A DNA stretch of 64,000 bases from Dehalococcoidia bacterium (GCA_963662615.2 CAXXSR010000001.1:1632001-1696000), one strand, 5' to 3'. Positions 10,039 to 20,024 are shown, counted from the stretch's first letter. Numbers and translations: made by a program. The notes: generated by a model not told the origin, from the sequence alone.

Positions 10039-11586
10039 TCAGGGGAGAGTGCGAGCGGGTGCGGCCGCGGTCACCATTGAACGAACATGGGCATGAACAT
10101 CCGTCGGTGCGGAAGATGGAATCACGCCACGGAGTTCGCTTCCGTCGCGTGAGGCATCGACACGAATCTGGAGCGCGTCGAGCAGCAGATTCATATCGTC
10201 GCCCTCGGCGCTGTTGACCCACTCGCGGATTGCATCACACATCGCTCGGAGCCCCTTTGAGTCAGGCAGTTCAGGAACTGTGGCCATGACCGGCTTTGCT
10301 TGTTCGGCGAGGCGTTCTTGCTCCGCCCGGATCAACACCGTCTCACGTCGCAGATGCGGCTCGTCGATCTCACCCAGCTGGAATAGCCGCAGCAGCCGGC
10401 CGCGCTACGCCTCGAGTTCGCGTAGGCGCTGCTTGGTCCGAGCTGCCTCGTTCCTCGGGGAACCAGCGGCCGCGCTTTGCCTCCGGATCTCCGCCATGAC
10501 GATCTCCGGGCGCGAGAGCACTGCGGTGACCGCGGCGCGCACGGCATCTTCAAGGCGGTCTGCTCGCACGTACCTGGAGTCACATCGATCATGCTTCGGT
10601 CCGGCGAACGCAGCCCGGCACCGATAGTAGCGGTACTTCTGGTGCTGGGTCTGGCCAACCATTGCCCGGCCACACTCGCGGCAGCGCACACGCCCTGACA
10701 GCAGGTAGTCCCGCTTGCGGCGACCACTCCGTAGGCGCTCGGGGTCTCGGAGGCGCAACTGCACTGCGTCGAACATCTCTCTGGGCACTACCTCGGGTGT
10801 CGCTCCGGGCACCTCGATCCAATCAGCCTCGTCTCGAGGCTCTACTCGCCGAGGCCGTAAGCCCTTGCGCGGCGTCACCTTCGTCTTCCGGTACAGCGTG
10901 CGTCCGGTGTACGCCTCGTGCTGCAACAAGTGGAAGACCGTCGCTGGCGACCACTGTCCGCCAGCGAATGTCGGGGTCCCCTCGTCGTTCAGCGCGTTGC
11001 ATAGTCCGATGATCGAGCAGCCGGTCGCGAACTCGGTGAAGAGGCGCAGTACAACCTTCGCCTGTTCTGCCACGACCGTTCGTTTGCCGGTACTCGGGTC
11101 GTAGACATAGCCGTACATCCCGCGCCCGGTTCCCTGTGGCAGACGACCGGAGCGGGCCCGCTCAACTTTGCCACGCATCGTGCGCTCAGCGATCTTCTCG
11201 CGCTCGAACTCCGCTGCGAACGCCTTGACCGATCGCAGCAGCTGCCCCGTGGCTGTGTCCTCGAAGTCCTCGGTGACGAAGTGGAGCGCGACACCATGCT
11301 GCTCCATCTCCTCAACAAGGATCGCGACGTGGGTCTGCTTCCGACTCATGCGGTCGAGGGCGTGGGCCAAGACGACATCGACCTGTCCTGAGGCTGCGAG
11401 TTCCCGCATTCGCTCCATTCCGGGTCGCTCGAGAGTGAACCCACTGGCTGTGTCACGCAGAGCCTCCGCGACGATCCAGCCATCCTTCTGCGCATACTCC
11501 GCGCACGCAGCCTCCTGCGTGTCGAGCGAGGTCCCCTCACGCTCCTGGGCGTCGGTCGAGACCCGCGAGTAGATCACGCAGCGCAT
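10039..11586 (-). pseudogene. large serine recombinase with one in-frame TAG at 10405-10407
   Basis: YSRVST, DRMSR, Zn ribbon CRECG...YYRC; frame continues past the stop (ELEA*RGRLLRLF, paralog ESAQGRLVRLY) into ORF 10039-10338. Confidence 0.85.
10071..10096 (-). repeat. att site at island left boundary: displaced 3' end of dnaN
   Basis: TCACCATTGAACGAACATGGGCATGA encodes MPMFVQW* on the minus strand; 22/26 identical to 52112-52137. Confidence 0.9.
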
Positions 11587-11768
11587 CAGGTTGCCTCCGT
11601 CTCCGACTTTGGGGACCGGCCAGGCGGCCCAATCTCGTCTCCGCTGGTGCGGTACTTCTCGTCGATGGCGTCACGCACGAGCCTCGCCATCGCCGTGTGT
11701 TGCTCGAACGCGAGGCGGCGGAGGGTCTCGTACTCATCATCGCTGATGGTCAGCACTATTCGTCTCAT
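11586..11768 (-). CDS. ribbon-helix-helix (CopG-like) DNA-binding protein
   Basis: RRIVLTISDDEYETLRRLA...MARLVRDAIDE; TGATG overlap with the recombinase start. Confidence 0.7.
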   Translation of the reverse strand: MRRIVLTISDDEYETLRRLAFEQHTAMARLVRDAIDEKYRTSGDEIGPPGRSPKSETEAT

Positions 11769-11795
11769 GACAATATAATTATATCACTATATTCC
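11769..11795 (-). promoter_or_regulatory. extended -10 promoter (TGaTATAAT) overlapping a 12-bp palindrome ATATAATTATAT (11773-11784)
   Basis: AT-rich patch in GC-rich DNA, 9 nt before the ATG of the RHH gene. Confidence 0.6.
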
Positions 11796-11823
11796 GCTTG
11801 AAAGGACCGCCTCCAATCCGGCA

Positions 11824-12870
11824 TCACTGCACGGCCAGGCGCGAATGGGCTGTGTCCAGATCAACCGGTAGGGGCCGGGGCGCACGGCGTTGCGCCTGGA
11901 GTCGCTGGTGCGGCCGCAGGAGGCGGTTGAGCGTCCGCATGTCGGCGATGCCGAGCGCGACCGCGACCTCGTGGTCCCGGAGGCCCGCGTCGCTCAGGTA
12001 AGCGGCAGAGGCGCTCCGCAGGGTGCTTCGCGCCGCGTGGGGAAAGCCTGAGGCGGAACATGCGCCGCGCACGATGCGCCGTGCCTGACGATCGGTCAGC
12101 GGCTCGCCGCGCGCGTTCGCGAACACGAACTCGTCAGACGGCTCCACCTTTAGACGATGGCGCGTCATGAGGGCCGCCGCAGGGCCGAAGATCGCGAGGC
12201 GTGTTCGCTGACCACCTCGCGTCGCCGCGACGCTCCACGCCTCGCCTGCGGGCTCCCATCGCAGGGCGCTCCAGCGCAGGCAGCGGATCTCGCCAGCATC
12301 GAGTCCACTGTAGCAATGGACCGTGACGAGCAGCCGATCCCGAAGCGCGCGCGGGCCTCGCTTGCCGGCTCTTGCGGCCTCCACGATGCGCAGCAGGTCG
12401 GACGGCTCGATGGTGGGGCATTGCGCGCGCCTCCGAGACCGATCTCCCGCCAAGATCACGCCGCTCTGGTACCAGTCCGTCCCATCGCGTCTCGGGAGCA
12501 TCTGGTCGAGGTCGTCGATTCGCCGTCGCCCGTCATCGTCACCGAACATCAGCAGGAGCGCCGCATGGATCGCGCCGAGTCGGATCAGCGCGGTCGTCGC
12601 TGAGGGTCGCTTGGCCGGGGAGGTCAGCACCTCAGCCAACGCCGCGGGACGAGCGAGGATCTCGGAGAGCGTGCTGCCCCGTCCCCGCCGTCCGGCCTCG
12701 CGGACAACGGACCGCAACTGCGAGACCTCGCCCCTGACCGCCCCACCCGACCGGTCTCGGCCGTGCTGCTCGCGGTAGCGGACGAGGAACGCCTCGGACT
12801 CGGCATCGAGCCGTCTGGCCATCGGTCGCTCCAGCGGATCGAGGTCAAAGAGCGTGCGCTGGAACATCAT
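11824..12870 (-). CDS. tyrosine-recombinase-fold protein B, predicted catalytically dead
   Basis: SGLDAGEI (R to D), STLR (H lost), LGIADMRTLNRLL (H and Y lost). Confidence 0.75.
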   Translation of the reverse strand: MMFQRTLFDLDPLERPMARRLDAESEAFLVRYREQHGRDRSGGAVRGEVSQLRSVVREAGRRGRGSTLSEILARPAALAEVLTSPAKRPSATTALIRLGAIHAALLLMFGDDDGRRRIDDLDQMLPRRDGTDWYQSGVILAGDRSRRRAQCPTIEPSDLLRIVEAARAGKRGPRALRDRLLVTVHCYSGLDAGEIRCLRWSALRWEPAGEAWSVAATRGGQRTRLAIFGPAAALMTRHRLKVEPSDEFVFANARGEPLTDRQARRIVRGACSASGFPHAARSTLRSASAAYLSDAGLRDHEVAVALGIADMRTLNRLLRPHQRLQAQRRAPRPLPVDLDTAHSRLAVQ

Positions 12871-14068
12871 CCGCTCGCACGGGCTCCGCTCGCGGCTGGG
12901 CGCCGTCCACGCCGAGGCCGCTGAGTTTCGTCCAGACCGCCGCGCGGCTGGGCGTCACATAGGAGGCGTCGAACCGCTCCGTCCCCCGCCAGCCGCCACC
13001 GAGCACGGCCTCCCAGCGGGGCAGCACCGCGGCCGCCCCTGTCGCCCACGCCCGGCGGAAAGCATGGGGCGTGTAGTCGGGTGTCCCTGCGAGGCGGCAC
13101 GCGTGCCGGAGCGCCGCCCGCATCGTCTTGTCCGGCAACTGCGCGCCACGCTCCGTCCGCCAGACTGGCCCAGGTTGCCCGAGGGCGATGCGATCGGGGC
13201 GTCCCGCGGTCCGCATCGTCTCGTTGAACCCGAACACGTACAGCCGCAGCGCCTGGCACGACTCGCGATCCAGTTCCACCTCGTGGCGCTCGCGCCCGTT
13301 CTTCTGGTGCAGGAGGACGCGGACGCGGTCGTCCGGCAGGACGTGGCAGTCCGTCCCATCGAGCGTCCGGAGCGCGTGTCCGCGCGAGGCCGTCCTGGCG
13401 AGCAGTGTCGCGAAGGCGCGATCGCGAAGGCCGAGCCAGCCCTCGGCGCGCCCCATCGCCGTGATGATGGCGCGTAGTTCCTCTGGGCGCGGCGTCGGGC
13501 CCCCGCGTCTTCGCGGCGTCCCTGCGGTGATGCGGTATCCTCCACCTCGCCGTTCGGCAACGCGCCGCAAGGCGTCACGGATGATCTCGTGCGGGTCGCG
13601 CCCGAGGGCCGTCTGGAGTTCGGGGCGCAATATGGTCGCAACCGAGCGGATGGCGGTCCGGCGATGCGCGATCGTGGATTTGGAACAGACACGACCGCTC
13701 GCGCACCGGTCCGAGACCAGCATCCGGCCGAGCAGTTCAGGATTGGCGAACAGGTCCGGAATGCCGACGCGGCGCCCGGTTTCGGCAGAGGCGCAGGCAA
13801 GCATCTCGTTCCTCAGCCAGCGGTACGTCTGCATGCTCCGGGTGCGCAGTCGTCCTTCGGCCCGCTCTTCGTACAGCCGGTCGAGGTCGTCACGCTGCGG
13901 TGGGGCGATGGGCTGGCAGCGGTAGGTGCGGCGGCGAACCTTGGGCGGCCTGAGTCCCTCAAAGTCGGGGAGCGCGAACCGGCGCTGATCCGACCCTGAA
14001 ACCCGTACCGACAGGGGCGGGAGTACATCGCAAAACCGGCCGGACTTTCGGGCGGGGCGGGGAAACAT
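12845..14068 (-). CDS. Cre-like tyrosine recombinase A (start uncertain; ORF open to 14446)
   Basis: RTASRGHAL, HQKNG, TPHAFRR, GGWRGTERFDASY (R-K-H-R-W-Y). Confidence 0.8.
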   Translation of the reverse strand: MFPRPARKSGRFCDVLPPLSVRVSGSDQRRFALPDFEGLRPPKVRRRTYRCQPIAPPQRDDLDRLYEERAEGRLRTRSMQTYRWLRNEMLACASAETGRRVGIPDLFANPELLGRMLVSDRCASGRVCSKSTIAHRRTAIRSVATILRPELQTALGRDPHEIIRDALRRVAERRGGGYRITAGTPRRRGGPTPRPEELRAIITAMGRAEGWLGLRDRAFATLLARTASRGHALRTLDGTDCHVLPDDRVRVLLHQKNGRERHEVELDRESCQALRLYVFGFNETMRTAGRPDRIALGQPGPVWRTERGAQLPDKTMRAALRHACRLAGTPDYTPHAFRRAWATGAAAVLPRWEAVLGGGWRGTERFDASYVTPSRAAVWTKLSGLGVDGAQPRAEPVRADDVPAHAL

Positions 14069-14465
14069 GGTGACACCGGGTTCCGAGGTCGATGGGGTGG
14101 GACTCTCGATCCCCCCTCCCCCATCAGCGGAACCAGTGTCAGAGGAAAATGTCTGATCGCTGCTTAGTAGTAGTCGTATTCGTCGTCGGCGTCGCAGTTC
14201 GTGACCCGGAGTGGTGTGCATCGATCGGAGCCCGCGCGGCAACGGCACTACTGGCCCTCCTCGCCGCACGAGTCGCCGAGCCGTTCGCGAGCCACCGCGA
14301 GCAGGCGACGCCACAACGCCTCCCACGCGAGCGAGCGGTACCGTGCTTTCCCCACGTAGCACTGCACTTCGTTCACGGGGCGTTCGAGTCGGTCGGCAGC
14401 CATGCCCCGATCGAAGCAGAGCTAGGCGAGGCGTTCGTGGGATCACCGTGGAGCTTGGACGTAAT

Positions 14466-16172
14466 TTAGGCGTGTTTTGGGGGGAAGTTCAGCCGGTAGT
14501 GCCGACCCTTCTCGGGAACGACGAGGTTCTTCCAAGCAGCTGAGTCCCTGAACACCTCACTCACGCGCGTGGTGTTCGTGGCAATCCCCTTGAGGGCGTC
14601 GTGGGTGCGCAACGCACGGATGCCCGCCTCGTGTGCGCGGTGCAGATTCTTGACGACCTGCGCTTGTGGCGGCGTCAGCGTGAACTCAGCGTCGCCGAGA
14701 CGCACCGACTCGTAGCTCTCGGTGTGGGTGAACGGGGGAACCGCTGGAGCGTCATCCACCTTGGCAGCCGCCATCACGAGGAGCGAGTGCTGCGGCAGCT
14801 CCCCTCGTGCTAGTGACCCAGCGGCGCGCTCGACCATGCTGGACAGGACCGCCAGTACCGTCTCTGAGTGGCGGACCAGCATATCGAGGTACGCTTCCAG
14901 GTCCTGGGTCTCGCGCCCCTTTCGCAAAGCCGTGATCACGTCCGGATACGCCTCAACGGCTCCCTGATCCGAAAGCGTGCCCAGATCGCGTGCGAAGCGC
15001 ACGTACGAGACCGCGGTCGTTCGCGGATCACCCTCAGGAAGCTCGTCCAGGAACACATCCACGCCGTAACGCTCCGGCGGGTCGTACTCTTCCAATTCGG
15101 TCCCCACAGTAGCGAACCGGCGGTCGATACACTGCGAGCAGTAGCCGCAGTGGGGCCGCGTCCTAGAGCGCCGCTGCGAGTTCACGCATGAGAGCGTCGC
15201 GCCGATCAAGTCCGGCTGCCCAGCGGCAGCGATCTGCTCCACGACCTGGCGCCGCGTGCGGTCCCATAGTGGATTCCTGACCTCCGGCGCCTGACCGAGC
15301 ACCGCGGTGGCCAGCGTATTCAACAGAGCGATGAACCGGGGGTGCGTCGAGCGGGAGGCCCGGCTACCGACGAGCTGTCGGTTTATCGGCAGGTTCAAGC
15401 TAACGACACCGTTGTCCGACAAGAAAACCACGGCGGCGTCCATCCGGTGCGCCGCGGCCAGGGCGAGGGACCCATAGAGGAAGGCCCGTGACCGTCGCGT
15501 GCGTTCGCGCGCCTCGTCTCCGGTGCGATGCACTGCCGCCTCGAGCATCGAGAAGCTATCGCTGCCGAACCGTTGCCGAAGTTCCTCGGCGATCCTGCGG
15601 CGCTCGCCTTCGACCAACCCCCAGCTCCGATGCGAGACGAGCAGAGGCCGCCGCTTCTCAGTGAGTTCAGCGAGAACCGTCGCCAGCGAGTCCATCCCGC
15701 CGGAGAAGAGCACCACGACATCCGTCGAGAGGCCCCTCCTCGGCCCCGCTTCGGGCAGCAGCAATTGCCGATCCTCATCAGCGCCAGCCGGCTCAAAGGC
15801 GAACCGCCACTGATCCTGCGTGAGGAAGCCGACGCACTCCTGGAGCGCTCGGGTGACCGGAGGCGAGGACCAGACGTCCGGCGCATTGACGGGAATGGCC
15901 AGCCGCAGGTCTCGCTCCCAGTGCTCGAGTTTCCAATCCGCGCGGCCGCCGCGAGAGACCGTTTGGTCCGCGGCGTAGACGTAGCTCGCGATGCGGACGA
16001 GGTCGTAGGCGCGCCCATCCAGACGCCCGGCGAACGCGTGCTCGAGGTCCTCGATCCGGAGATTCATGGTCCTGCGTGGGCCACGCGTGTGCAGGGCCAC
16101 AGTCTCGACATCGCCGCCCCGCCACTCGCGCGGGATGGTGGCACCGTCGCAGGGGAAGACGACGGCGCTCAC
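14466..16172 (-). CDS. QueC-like (QatC-like) protein with C-terminal winged-helix-like tail
   Basis: LFSGGMDS PP-loop, RSRAFLY, SRSTHP, SC...HCGYCSQCIDRR; GTGA overlap with upstream gene. Confidence 0.8.
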   Translation of the reverse strand: MSAVVFPCDGATIPREWRGGDVETVALHTRGPRRTMNLRIEDLEHAFAGRLDGRAYDLVRIASYVYAADQTVSRGGRADWKLEHWERDLRLAIPVNAPDVWSSPPVTRALQECVGFLTQDQWRFAFEPAGADEDRQLLLPEAGPRRGLSTDVVVLFSGGMDSLATVLAELTEKRRPLLVSHRSWGLVEGERRRIAEELRQRFGSDSFSMLEAAVHRTGDEARERTRRSRAFLYGSLALAAAHRMDAAVVFLSDNGVVSLNLPINRQLVGSRASRSTHPRFIALLNTLATAVLGQAPEVRNPLWDRTRRQVVEQIAAAGQPDLIGATLSCVNSQRRSRTRPHCGYCSQCIDRRFATVGTELEEYDPPERYGVDVFLDELPEGDPRTTAVSYVRFARDLGTLSDQGAVEAYPDVITALRKGRETQDLEAYLDMLVRHSETVLAVLSSMVERAAGSLARGELPQHSLLVMAAAKVDDAPAVPPFTHTESYESVRLGDAEFTLTPPQAQVVKNLHRAHEAGIRALRTHDALKGIATNTTRVSEVFRDSAAWKNLVVPEKGRHYRLNFPPKHA

Positions 16173-16936
16173 GAGCTTTGCGCCTCCCGCTTCAGCTCGC
16201 TGCGTATCTTCCGGAGCGCGACGGCCGTGAAGCGCTCGGCGTCGGCTTGCGGAATGTCCTGGCCGGTCTCCCAGCCCCGCTTCGAGAGCCATTCGCCAGC
16301 GAAGTCGCGAACGATTCCCGCAGACTGCCGCGCGTGCAGATCGACGGCCGCAAGGACCTCGGTCCCGGCCGCCACGCTGGAGAGAACATTGGGAATCTCC
16401 CGATCGAGCGCAGCCGTCAGCACCCGCGCGAGAAAGTCCCCAAAGAACTTCTGAGACACCTCGCCGAACTGGCGCTCCGTGGAGTGCGCGCGGAACGCAC
16501 GCTCCAGATCCTCAACCGTGCCGCCGAACAGGCTCGTCGCCTGCGTCGCCACCGTCTCCAGCAGGGCGCGGCGGAAGGCCTGGGTGGCGTACTCGCCGGC
16601 GACGGACGTCGAGCCCGCCTGCGCGATGTCGGCCCGCAGGCGGTCCGAGAGTTGCGTGATGAGTGCGACCGAAGAGGTGCCGTCGGCCGCCTCGACGCCG
16701 AGCTGCTCCAGCTCCGGGCCGAGCCGCCCGGCCCGCGAAGCGGACATGAGGCGGACCAGGAGCCAGTACGAGCGCGTAAGAGACGGATCGGTGGCCAGAC
16801 GGCGGAGGTAGTCTTCCGCCGCCACGACGGAGGCAGCGGCGACCGCGGCGGTATCGCCGTGGTCCGCAGTCAGGCGATCGACGACCTGCACCCAGCGATC
16901 CCGCTTTGGCAACCGGCCCAGGCGGTTGTGTCCCAT
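16169..16936 (-). CDS. helical partner of the QueC-like protein (QatB-like position)
   Basis: Begins MGHNRLGRLPK; translationally coupled to the QueC-like gene. Confidence 0.65.
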   Translation of the reverse strand: MGHNRLGRLPKRDRWVQVVDRLTADHGDTAAVAAASVVAAEDYLRRLATDPSLTRSYWLLVRLMSASRAGRLGPELEQLGVEAADGTSSVALITQLSDRLRADIAQAGSTSVAGEYATQAFRRALLETVATQATSLFGGTVEDLERAFRAHSTERQFGEVSQKFFGDFLARVLTAALDREIPNVLSSVAAGTEVLAAVDLHARQSAGIVRDFAGEWLSKRGWETGQDIPQADAERFTAVALRKIRSELKREAQSS

Positions 16937-17309
16937 CAGGCGCGCTTAGGCATCGTGAGCGTTCCGCTCCGCGTCACCGTCGCGGGTGGCGACCTGCACC
17001 GCGACGGTGACGCTCGTGGACGCCGGGTGACCTCGCGGACTCTCCGCCACATCGTAGGCGACCGCCTGCGACGCGAGGGCTTCCATCTGCTTGACCGGCG
17101 AGTACCTCCCACCAGTCACGGTGGATCGACTTCCCGGTGGGGCACCACGCAGCCGTGACCTCATCGATCTCATCGGCTATGTCAGACACCCCGCGGCAGG
17201 GCCCCACCACTCAAGAGGCAATGTATGGGTAGTGTCCTAGTTTGACGAACCACTCTGGGCGCGCGCCGCTCGCTTATGTTCGTGCCAAGATTTCCTAATC
17301 CTCGAGTGG

Positions 17310-17618
17310 CTAGCGGCAAGAGTCCGGCAACGGTTCGCCTACTCGTACCTCTGTAATGCACGCACGGGAGACCTCGGCTGGTGTTGAAGTACGGAACACG
17401 CATGTTTCCTCGACGGAGCCGAAGGCGCGATACCGAACGCATACCTGGGGCGGCGTAAGTTCAGCTTTGACCCCGACGACGATTTCATCTCCCAGTTCTG
17501 CCTGGGTTTCCAGAGCGGCGATCCGCTGTTCGAGATCGCTGGTGTCCGTTCTACAAGCGGCTGCGGAGATGAGGATAATGGCGATGACCGCGATCGTTCC
17601 GACTCCCCGCACGATCAA
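17310..17618 (-). CDS. small putative lipoprotein
   Basis: Hydrophobic N-terminus ending ISAAAC; four further Cys. Confidence 0.45.
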   Translation of the reverse strand: MIVRGVGTIAVIAIILISAAACRTDTSDLEQRIAALETQAELGDEIVVGVKAELTPPQVCVRYRAFGSVEETCVFRTSTPAEVSRACITEVRVGEPLPDSCR

Positions 17619-17962
17619 GAGCCTTTCTGGTAGTCGGCCACGATCGCGGCCTTGACGGCATTCACGGGCGAGTCGATCCCGCCCGAGTGCAGCACAGCGA
17701 CGTAGCGTCGCTTCCCTTCATCCGTCTCGTGGGACCAGGCGTAGGCGCGCTTGGCCTTGGGGTGGTCGATGAGGTCGAAGACCTGGACCACACCCTCCCA
17801 GACCGTCTCACCCTCGAACGTTTCCGTGACAGGTACGGCCTCCACCCAGCGGCTCTCGCAGCCGTGGAGGTCGCGGATGGCGTCTCGCAGAGCCTCTACA
17901 TTTGTCTCCGCCAAAGGGCTACTCGCCAGACTTATCGTGGCTCTGGGCCGCCGGGGGCTCAT
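17615..17962 (-). CDS. hypothetical protein (true start probably ~17915)
   Basis: Globular-looking composition (VWEGVVQVFDL...AYAWS); overlaps next gene. Confidence 0.55.
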   Translation of the reverse strand: MSPRRPRATISLASSPLAETNVEALRDAIRDLHGCESRWVEAVPVTETFEGETVWEGVVQVFDLIDHPKAKRAYAWSHETDEGKRRYVAVLHSGGIDSPVNAVKAAIVADYQKGS

Positions 17963-17963
17963 C

Positions 17964-18783
17964 TGACCTGCCCCCGATCGTTGTACCAGTCGTTAAGTTA
18001 GTCCGATCGCCGGGACGAGCGTCAGGGGACGTTCCCGGGGTTGCTGCGTTTCCGGGGCGGGGGGGCGGTAGCCGAGGGCACGGTGGGGGCGGATCTGGTT
18101 GTACTCCCGCCGCCAGCCCTCGATGAGGATCTGGGCTTCCAGCAGGGTGTCGAAGCGCTCGCGATTGAGGCACTCGTCGCGCAGCTTGCCGTTGCACGAT
18201 TCCACATAGCCGTTCTCCCAAGGACTGCCCGGTTCGATGAAGAGGGTCGTGACCCCGACCCGGTGCAGCCAGTCCCGCACCGCGGTGGCGGTGAACTCCG
18301 GGCCGTTGTCGGACCGCAGCAACGTCGGCGGCCCGCGCTCGACGAACAGCTGGGCCAACCGCGCCAGGACGTCGTCGCTGCGCAGTCGGCGGGCGACGTC
18401 GAGACGCAGGCACTCGCGGGTGGTCCTCATCCACGATGGCGAGGATCCGCACCGGGCGCCCATCGGCGGTGCGGTCGAAGACGAAGTCGTAGGACCAGAC
18501 GTGGGACGGCCGCTCGGCCCGCCGCCGCACCAGCGAGCCGGCCGCGAGCCAGAGGCGGCCCCGTTGGGGGTGCTTCCCGGGGACCCGCAAGCCTTCCTGA
18601 CGCCAGCGCCGCTCGACCCGCTTGTGGTTCACCCGCCAGCCCTCCTGGCGCAGCAGGGCCGTGATGCGACGGGAGCCGTAGCGGCCGAAGCGGGTGGCCA
18701 GCGCGACGATGCGCGCGATCAGCGCCGGCGCATCCGGGGACGGCCGGGGCACGTAGCGCTGTGTCGCCCGCGCCTGGCCGGTG
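17964..18783 (-). mobile_element. IS3-family element, 3' part only, frameshifted orfB
   Basis: IR TGACCTGCCCCC at 17964; WSYDF, SDNGPEF, PWENGYVES; cut at 18783 by the next IS. Confidence 0.85.
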
Positions 18784-18812
18784 TGACCTGCCCCCGATTG
18801 TTGTACCAGGGC

Positions 18813-19655
18813 TTAAGTTAGTGCCAGAACCATCCGGTCTGCCAAAGGGGTGGGGTGGGGAGGTCCGACCTCCAGGGTCTCTGGGGCGGGGGGGCGGTAG
18901 CCGAGGGCGCTGTGAGGCCGGACTTGGTTGTACTCCCGGCGCCAGCGATCGACCAGGATCTGCGCTTCCGTGAGCGTGGTGAAGATCTCGGGGTTGAGGC
19001 ACTCGTCGCGCAGCTTGCCGTTGAAGGATTCCACATAGCCGTTCTCCCAGGGGCTGCCGGGCTCGATGAAGAGTGTCGTCACGCCGAGGCGACGCAGCCA
19101 GGAACGCACCGCCGTCGCCGTGAACTCGGGGCCGTTGTCGGAGCGGACGTAGGTGGGCGGGCCCCGCTGCACGAAGAGCGCCGTCAGCCGGGCGAGGACG
19201 TCGTCGGACCGCAGGCGCCGGGCCACGTCAATGCTGAGGCACTCCCGCGTGTACTCGTCGACGATGGTCAGCAGGCGCAGGGGCCGGCCGTCGTGGGTCC
19301 GCTCGCTGACGAAGTCGTAGGACCAGACGTGGTTCGGGCGCTCCGCCCGGCGCCGCGTGCAGGATCCATCGGCCGCCCAAAGCCGCCGCCGGCGCGGGGC
19401 TTTCCGGGGCACCCGCAGCCCTTCCTGCCGCCAGAGCCGCTCCACCCGCTTGTGGTTCACCCGCCAGCCCTCGGCCCGCAGCAGCGCCGTGATGCGCCGG
19501 GAGCCGTAGCGCCCGAAGCGGCGGGCAAGGGCGATGATCCGGGCGATCAGAGCCGGCTCGTCCGCGGGCACCTGCACGGGGTGCCGCTGCGTGCTGCGCG
19601 GCTGGGCGAGGGCCCGGCAGGCCCGACGCTCCGAGACGGCCAGCGCGGTTCGCAC
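18813..19655 (-). CDS. IS3 transposase OrfB (DDE)
   Basis: WSYDF, DEYTREC, SDNGPEF, ESFNGKLRDECLN. Confidence 0.9.
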   Translation of the reverse strand: MRTALAVSERRACRALAQPRSTQRHPVQVPADEPALIARIIALARRFGRYGSRRITALLRAEGWRVNHKRVERLWRQEGLRVPRKAPRRRRLWAADGSCTRRRAERPNHVWSYDFVSERTHDGRPLRLLTIVDEYTRECLSIDVARRLRSDDVLARLTALFVQRGPPTYVRSDNGPEFTATAVRSWLRRLGVTTLFIEPGSPWENGYVESFNGKLRDECLNPEIFTTLTEAQILVDRWRREYNQVRPHSALGYRPPAPETLEVGPPHPTPLADRMVLALT

Positions 19656-19679
19656 GTGCGCAACCGCCTGCCGCCGGGC

Positions 19680-19958
19680 TCAGAAGTTTCCCGACGCCAC
19701 CTCTTTGAGGATGGCGTGGTCCAGCGCCTGATCGGCCACCAGCCGCTTCAGCCGCGCGTTCTCCTGCTCCAGCTCCTTGAACCGCTTCGCCTGATCCAGC
19801 CGCAGGCCGCCGTACTCCCGCCGCCAGCGGTAGTAGGTCTGCTCGGCGACGCCGAGCCGTCGTGCCACTTTGGCCACACTCTCGCCCTGCGCCAGGGCCA
19901 CCTCCGCCTCCCGCAGTTTCCCGATGATCTGCTCTGCCGTGTACCGCTTCCGCGCCAT
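19680..19958 (-). CDS. IS3 transposase OrfA (HTH)
   Basis: MARKRYTAEQII...QTYYRWRREYGG...ENARLKRLVAD. Confidence 0.9.
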   Translation of the reverse strand: MARKRYTAEQIIGKLREAEVALAQGESVAKVARRLGVAEQTYYRWRREYGGLRLDQAKRFKELEQENARLKRLVADQALDHAILKEVASGNF

Positions 19959-20024
19959 GCCGACTCCCTCCTCCCAGCCCGGATCCTCGCATAGGATCTG
20001 GACCGGTTTTGGGGGGGCAGGTCA

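Larger units (their letters stand above)
18784..20024 (-). mobile_element. IS3-family (IS407-like) element with both IRs
   Basis: TGACCTGCCCCC...GGGGGCAGGTCA; orfA and orfB; GGGAAAC slippery site, but a small deletion appears to break the OrfAB frame. Confidence 0.9.

Noticed and set aside
9895-10070. tRNA as integration site (GGTTCGAG motif near 9945)
   Set aside because: No cloverleaf found; the att is explained by the dnaN end.
14069-14446. N-terminal extension of left recombinase A as a real domain
   Set aside because: Low-complexity Arg/Pro-rich translation typical of a spurious extension; start unresolved.
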